In this document: piece after piece, positions 59,175-64,000 of the stretch
How the letters are laid out: each line of letters starts with the position of its first letter
Numbering within the stretch: position 1 is the stretch's first letter
DNA from: an uncultured Nitrospiraceae bacterium
Lineage (GTDB): Bacteria; Nitrospirota; Thermodesulfovibrionia; Thermodesulfovibrionales; UBA6898
Assembly (NCBI GenBank): GCA_963811165.1
Contig: CAWEQH010000004.1
Location: forward strand, 448,001 to 512,000
Reading direction: 5' to 3'
DNA length: 64,000 bases
Position numbers and translations under genes: made by a program
Notes under the pieces: generated by a model
The model's input: the letters and a program-made list of their open reading frames with translations, nothing else
What the model was told of the DNA's origin: nothing
Databases searched by the model: none

Positions 59175-59309
59175 TGTCATTCCGGCAATCCCGAATGCTT
59201 TCGGGAGGACTGGAATCCAACCCCCTTCGCTCCCCCCTTCTCAGGGGGGAAGATGCTGACTCCTCCCTTGAGAAGGGGAGGCAGGGAGGGGTTTTCAGCC
59301 GGAATGACA
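59175..59309. repeat. Composite REP-like element
   Basis: TGTCATTCCGGC...GCCGGAATGACA enclosing a CCCCCTT/AGGGGG-type palindrome. Confidence 0.7.
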
Positions 59310-59368
59310 GAACATGTGAAAATTTCGCTTATTTCTGCTTACAAAAGACCTCGCCATCACTCCGCCGT

Positions 59369-60226
59369 CTATCTGATAAGGACGTAATCGGCGTCTCCCG
59401 CAGTCACGTCCTCTTTCTTTATCCTGTCCTGAGCCGAGGGCAATATCACCTTAAACGATGTGTTTGGTTCAGTTCGTCTAACCTGCTCCGGCATGCCCCT
59501 CTTCCAGGAATGACCGCTCCCTGCAAGAACGACCATTTTCCTCCCCGGGTTTTTCTTCATGTATTTGATAAGGTGCCATGCCATTGCCTTGTCCCATAAC
59601 ATCTGGGCCTCGCAGAAGAAGACAAAACGCTCCTTTTTCATGCCGTGGGCCTCATAAGCGCTCTCGATAAAGTCCATGTAACTTGGGTCTACGTCGCAGC
59701 TTATGTTGGGGGGAAGTTTTGCCAGTTCTCCGCCGCTTAGGGAGTCGAACCCTTTTGCAGCCACCTTCTCTGAGATCTTGTCCGGTATGTTCAGCCCGAC
59801 CATCGGTATCCGTTTTTCTCTGGCGTAGAGGAAGATATCTTTGTAAAAGGGCCAGGGGATAAGCCAATTGTTGTAATACGCCCTGATGAACGTATTTTGA
59901 TCGAGGGTGCCGTCTGTCCAGCCGTCAAGTATGTTCTGGTTTTCCGCCCTGAACATCTCAAGTCCTATGGCGGGTCTGATCCCTTTTTTACGGAGTGCCC
60001 TGATGATGTCCAGTTGGGCCTGATGGTCCCTCAATTTGTCATGCGACTCGCCTATGAAGACGATGTCGGCCGTCTTCAGATCATCGACCATCTCTTCGAA
60101 CTGGATCACTTTTCCGTCACTTGTCCTAAGGACCTTCTGAAACGCGTGCGACCTTCCGGCCCCGCCTGAACATGAGACGAGAAAAATTAACAGGAATGTG
60201 AAAAAACCGTATCTCTTCATACCCAA
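59369..60226 (-). CDS. ChaN family lipoprotein
   Basis: LVSC lipobox; VFIGESHD, IGLEMF, AQMLWDKAMA, LAGSGH. Confidence 0.88.
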   Translation of the reverse strand: MGMKRYGFFTFLLIFLVSCSGGAGRSHAFQKVLRTSDGKVIQFEEMVDDLKTADIVFIGESHDKLRDHQAQLDIIRALRKKGIRPAIGLEMFRAENQNILDGWTDGTLDQNTFIRAYYNNWLIPWPFYKDIFLYAREKRIPMVGLNIPDKISEKVAAKGFDSLSGGELAKLPPNISCDVDPSYMDFIESAYEAHGMKKERFVFFCEAQMLWDKAMAWHLIKYMKKNPGRKMVVLAGSGHSWKRGMPEQVRRTEPNTSFKVILPSAQDRIKKEDVTAGDADYVLIR

Positions 60227-60276
60227 CTACATGGTACCGTTATTATGACGGGGTTTCAAGTGTACCGGAGGAAGGA

Positions 60277-61601
60277 TGTAGCGAGCCAATAAACTGTCCG
60301 TATCTGTAGCACATAAACTGTCCGGTTAAGATTGGATGGCACGGAGGTGCCATTGATGAAGAGGACAGCACTACTACAGGAGGTACGGAAGATGAGATTT
60401 GAGGAAGCATATGAGGGATGTCAAAGGGGGAGATTGACGCAGGAGGAAGCGGCGAGGCTGCTTGGAGTATGCGACCGGACGTACCGTCGATATCTGGTTC
60501 GATATGAGGAGCAGGGGATGGAGGGACTTATTGATAGGCGTTTAGGACAGATATCGCACCGCAGTGCGCCTGTTGATGAGGTAATGGCCCTGGCAGATTT
60601 ATACAGCCGCAGGTACCAGGGATTGACGGTTAAGCACTTTTACAGTTGGTACAGGCGGGCTCATGAGGGCATGAGGAGCTACACCTGGGTAAAGAATACT
60701 CTTCAGGGCAAGGGACTTGTGCATAAGGATTCGAGAAAGGGAACCCACCGGAGACAGCGTCCAAGAGCTCCGTATATTGGCATGATGCTGCATCAGGACG
60801 GCTCCACACATGAGTGGGTGCCTGGGAAGTTATGGGATCTGATTGTAACAATGGATGATGCCAGCAATGGACATTACTCGATGTTTTTTATCGATGAAGA
60901 AGGAACTCAGAGCAGTTTTCAGGGAGTTAGTGAGGTGATCGTCGAGCATGGAGTATTTGCCTCACTGTACACGGATCGCGGCAGCCACTACTGGAATACC
61001 CCAGAGGCTGGGGGGAAGGTGGATAAGGAGAATCTGACACAATTTGGCCGTGCCATGAGGCAGTTAGGGATAGAGATGATCCCGGCCTATTCCCCTGAGG
61101 CCCGAGGACGCTCTGAACGCGCCTTCCGCACTCATCAGGAGCGCCTTGTAAAGGAACTTGCCATGGCCGGCATCACTGAGATGAAACAGGCCAATGCCTA
61201 TATCCGTGATGTGTATCTTCCCGCCTTTAACGATGAATTTGCCGTATCCGCTGAGGAGCCTGCCAGTATGTTTGTCCCTTGGGCCGGAACACCTCTTCAA
61301 GACATCCTCTGCGAACAATATGAGCGGACGGTCGGCAACAACAACTGTGTCAAATTCGATGCCCTGACCCTTCAGATTCCAGCCGATAAATATCGCTTTC
61401 ACTATGTCAAAGTAAAGGTCCGTGTCCATCGCTATCCAAACGGCAACCTAGCAATATTCCATGGGCACAGAAAATTGATAGCCTTTAATTCCAAGGGGAA
61501 GGAGGTCTCAAAACTAAACAAAAAAGCAGCCTGATATCAACTAGCTACGGACCGGACAGTTTATCTGCTCTAAAACCGGACAACTCTATTTGTTGACAAC
61601 A
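60277..61601 (+). mobile_element. IS1202/ISNCY-type insertion sequence with 17-bp target-site duplication
   Basis: Ends TGT...ACA with repeated ATAAACTGTCCG motifs; GTGTACCGGAGGAAGGA duplicated at 60260-60276 and 61602-61618. Confidence 0.92.
60356..61534 (+). CDS. DDE transposase
   Basis: HTH (TQEEAARLLGV), HQDGS, YTDRGS, GRSERAF; GGAGGT RBS. Confidence 0.93.
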   Translation: MKRTALLQEVRKMRFEEAYEGCQRGRLTQEEAARLLGVCDRTYRRYLVRYEEQGMEGLIDRRLGQISHRSAPVDEVMALADLYSRRYQGLTVKHFYSWYRRAHEGMRSYTWVKNTLQGKGLVHKDSRKGTHRRQRPRAPYIGMMLHQDGSTHEWVPGKLWDLIVTMDDASNGHYSMFFIDEEGTQSSFQGVSEVIVEHGVFASLYTDRGSHYWNTPEAGGKVDKENLTQFGRAMRQLGIEMIPAYSPEARGRSERAFRTHQERLVKELAMAGITEMKQANAYIRDVYLPAFNDEFAVSAEEPASMFVPWAGTPLQDILCEQYERTVGNNNCVKFDALTLQIPADKYRFHYVKVKVRVHRYPNGNLAIFHGHRKLIAFNSKGKEVSKLNKKAA

Positions 61602-61710
61602 GTGTACCGGAGGAAGGACATGATTCTTCTACGCTTCAATGAGAGGGTATCGTTGTCCAAAGTATTCTCTTTACAAGGGCTTTCAGTATGCCATAGAATT
61701 TTATCATACT

Positions 61711-62820
61711 ATGAATTCATCCTTTTGCGTGATAGGCATAAGCGGTTACTCCGGGTCCGGTAAGACGACCCTTATTGAAAAGGTAGTCCGGAGGCTCAAA
61801 AAAGAGGGCCTTTTCATAGGCCTGCTGAAACATGCTTCACATCACGGCCTTTCTCCCGATGGAGAAGGAAAAGATTCCGAAAGGTTTTACAGGGCCGGCG
61901 CCGACTTCGTATTTGCCCACGACTCTAAGCAGGGGTTTGCGAGATTTCCGCTCAGGGCTGCGGGACTGTCCGATGCATTGGCCCGCTTCCCAAGAGGGCT
62001 CGATGTCGTGCTTGTCGAGGGGCATAAGAACTCCGATATCCCGGGGATATGGATTCTGCCTGGCGGCAAAAGGACCGAAAAACACGAGATTCCCGCGGGA
62101 ATATCCCGAAGGGTCATTTACAGGGATGACCCGAAATATGTCGAAAAGGTCATGGCATACCTGTATCATGAGGTCGGCAGGTTCCACGCAGAGCGTACAC
62201 TGATGGCCGGACTCCTCGTGGGCGGCAGGAGCCGCCGGATGGGGACAGCCAAGGCAATGCTCAAGATCGGGGAAGAGACGCTTCTTGAGAGGTCTTTAAA
62301 GACACTCGGCAAGATTGCCGGAAGGACCCTTTTTCTCGGTTCAGCCGAACTGCCGGGACATCTCTGGGGAGCTGACCGTCTGGCCGATGCGGCCGGGGTG
62401 GAGGGTCCCATGGCGGGCATACTGAGCGCTTTCCGATGGGCGCCCGAAAGCACGTGGATCATATCGGCGGTCGATATGCCGTTTATGGACAGGGAGGCAT
62501 GGGAATGGGTTTTGGGCCAGAGACGTCCCGGTGTATGGGCAGTCCTGCCCTTATTGAAAAGCGGCGCAAAGGCCGAGACGATGGCGGCCTGTTACGAGCC
62601 TATGATCTTTGACGAAGTAGAGGCCCTGGCGAGAAACGGAATACGAACGCTCCAGAAGCTGGCAGCTCACCCTAAGGTGATAACACCCCTTGTCCCTGAA
62701 TCTCTTTCGCATGCATGGAAGAATGTGAATACGTCGAAGGAGTGGAACGAGGCGTGTGCTTTAATGGAAGACATCTCTGCCCTTGCCTGTTTGCATCCGA
62801 AAAAAAATATGATAGATTGA
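61711..62820 (+). CDS. MobB-MobA fusion (molybdopterin-guanine dinucleotide biosynthesis)
   Basis: GYSGSGKTT and VLVEGHK (MobB), then VGGRSRRMG..KA, GPMAGI, AVDMPF, NVNT (MobA). Confidence 0.85.
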   Translation: MNSSFCVIGISGYSGSGKTTLIEKVVRRLKKEGLFIGLLKHASHHGLSPDGEGKDSERFYRAGADFVFAHDSKQGFARFPLRAAGLSDALARFPRGLDVVLVEGHKNSDIPGIWILPGGKRTEKHEIPAGISRRVIYRDDPKYVEKVMAYLYHEVGRFHAERTLMAGLLVGGRSRRMGTAKAMLKIGEETLLERSLKTLGKIAGRTLFLGSAELPGHLWGADRLADAAGVEGPMAGILSAFRWAPESTWIISAVDMPFMDREAWEWVLGQRRPGVWAVLPLLKSGAKAETMAACYEPMIFDEVEALARNGIRTLQKLAAHPKVITPLVPESLSHAWKNVNTSKEWNEACALMEDISALACLHPKKNMID

Positions 62821-62856
62821 AAATATGATGATCCGCTTTTTTATCGGGAGGCACAC

Positions 62857-63942
62857 ATGTGTGATTCGCTGAATGAAAGACAGGCGCACGGGGTGAAGAC
62901 AATACCGGTCACGCAGGCGGTGGGTACTGTCCTGGCCCACGATATCACCGAGATAAGACCAAACGAGTTTAAGGGCCCGGCGTTTAAGAAGGGACATGTC
63001 GTGAGGGCCGAAGACGTCTGTCATCTCCAGCGGCTCGGCAAGGAACATCTCTACGTTCTTAACATCAAAGAAGACGAGATGCATGAAGACGATGCGGCCT
63101 ATGCCCTCGCCCGGGCGCTCATGGGTGAAGGGGTTGCGATAAAGGGTGAACCGAAAGAAGGAAAAATCACGATCATTGCCGACAGGGACGGGCTTCTGAA
63201 GATAAACAGGGACGCTCTCCTTTGCTTTAATATGAACGGCGAGGTAATGTGCGCAACGGTCCACGACAACAGCCTCGTTAAGAAGGGCCAGGTCGTGGCA
63301 GGCACGAGGGCGATCCCCCTCGTTGTGAAGAAAGATGCAGTAAATGCAGCGGTCGAAGCGGCCTGTCAAGGCGAGAAGGTAATCCGGGTGAAGGAACTCA
63401 GGCGGCCCAGGGCCGGGGTCGTCATTACAGGAAACGAGGTCTACTACGGAAAGATAAACGACGCATTTGCGCCGATCATTAAGAAAAAGATAGAGTCGTT
63501 CGGAGGTACGGTAGCCGGTCTCTACTATGCCCCCGACGAGGTGGCGTTTATCGAAAAAAGACTTGCAGAGCTGATCGATGCCGGGGCCGACCTGCTGATC
63601 ACGACGGGTGGTATGTCTGTCGATCCCGATGACGTTACGAGATTTGCGATAAAAAATCTCGGCGCATCAGAAATCACTTACGGCTCTGCGGTGCTTCCCG
63701 GCGCGATGTTTCTGATAGCATATCTTACCCCCCAAGACGAGGGGAGGGCAGGAGGGGTCATCCCTGTCCTGGGCATCCCCGCCTGCGGCATGTATGCAAA
63801 TGCCACGGTCTTCGACCTGGTCATTCCGAGGATACTGGCTGGAGAGAGGATAGGAAGAAGAGAGCTCGCCGAACTGGGCCACGGCGGCCTTTGCATGAAG
63901 TGCGAGATCTGCAGGTATCCGGTCTGTCCGTTCGGGAAATAG
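62857..63942 (+). CDS. Molybdopterin-binding protein (MoeA-like)
   Basis: LAHDITEI, ITGNEV, TGGMSVDPDD, C-terminal GGLCMKCEICRYPVCPFGK. Confidence 0.88.
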   Translation: MCDSLNERQAHGVKTIPVTQAVGTVLAHDITEIRPNEFKGPAFKKGHVVRAEDVCHLQRLGKEHLYVLNIKEDEMHEDDAAYALARALMGEGVAIKGEPKEGKITIIADRDGLLKINRDALLCFNMNGEVMCATVHDNSLVKKGQVVAGTRAIPLVVKKDAVNAAVEAACQGEKVIRVKELRRPRAGVVITGNEVYYGKINDAFAPIIKKKIESFGGTVAGLYYAPDEVAFIEKRLAELIDAGADLLITTGGMSVDPDDVTRFAIKNLGASEITYGSAVLPGAMFLIAYLTPQDEGRAGGVIPVLGIPACGMYANATVFDLVIPRILAGERIGRRELAELGHGGLCMKCEICRYPVCPFGK

Positions 63943-64000
63943 CTACCGGTAGTTGATAAATTCGATATGAATACCGAGGTCTTTTTCTTTCAGTAATTTC

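Noticed and set aside
217..63896. Numerous short antisense or overlapping ORFs in the six-frame track
   Set aside because: They are shadows of well-supported genes or span repeats, and have no recognisable motifs.

Overview
Bacterial genomic window; gene content suggests an anaerobic Nitrospirota (Thermodesulfovibrionia-like) or Desulfobacterota-like diazotroph (inference). 1-7.9 kb: end of a nif cluster (fused nifEN, MOT1-type molybdate transporter, nifX, nifI1/I2, fdxB, GNAT, sigma54-driven nifB, hesA). 8.5-15.2 kb: thrS-infC-rpmI-rplT-pheS-pheT, with many single-base frameshifts that look like assembly errors. 15-22 kb: sensor kinase, copZ, a DRE-TIM synthase that resembles Re-citrate synthase more than NifV, and fabG-acpP-fabF-rnc. 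22-25 kb, the most notable part: a selenium-metabolism LysR, LysR-type operator boxes, a short uORF ending in UGA, a tRNA(Sec)-shaped RNA with cysteine identity (GCA anticodon, U73), then CMD/AhpD, tandem rhodanese and YedF genes. 25-40 kb: secreted proteins sharing two unnamed C-terminal domains, a P-type ATPase, a DsrC/TusE-like protein without its C-terminal cysteines, and a lytic transglycosylase. 40-60 kb: RND plus ABC efflux cluster, PAS kinases, a CheB-CheR-kinase fusion, a CDF transporter and ChaN. 60-64 kb: an IS1202/ISNCY-type element with a 17-bp target duplication, a mobB-mobA fusion and a MoeA-like gene. A structured intergenic element with compensatory base changes occurs twice (6972-7087, 12977-13108), and several REP-like palindromes are present.
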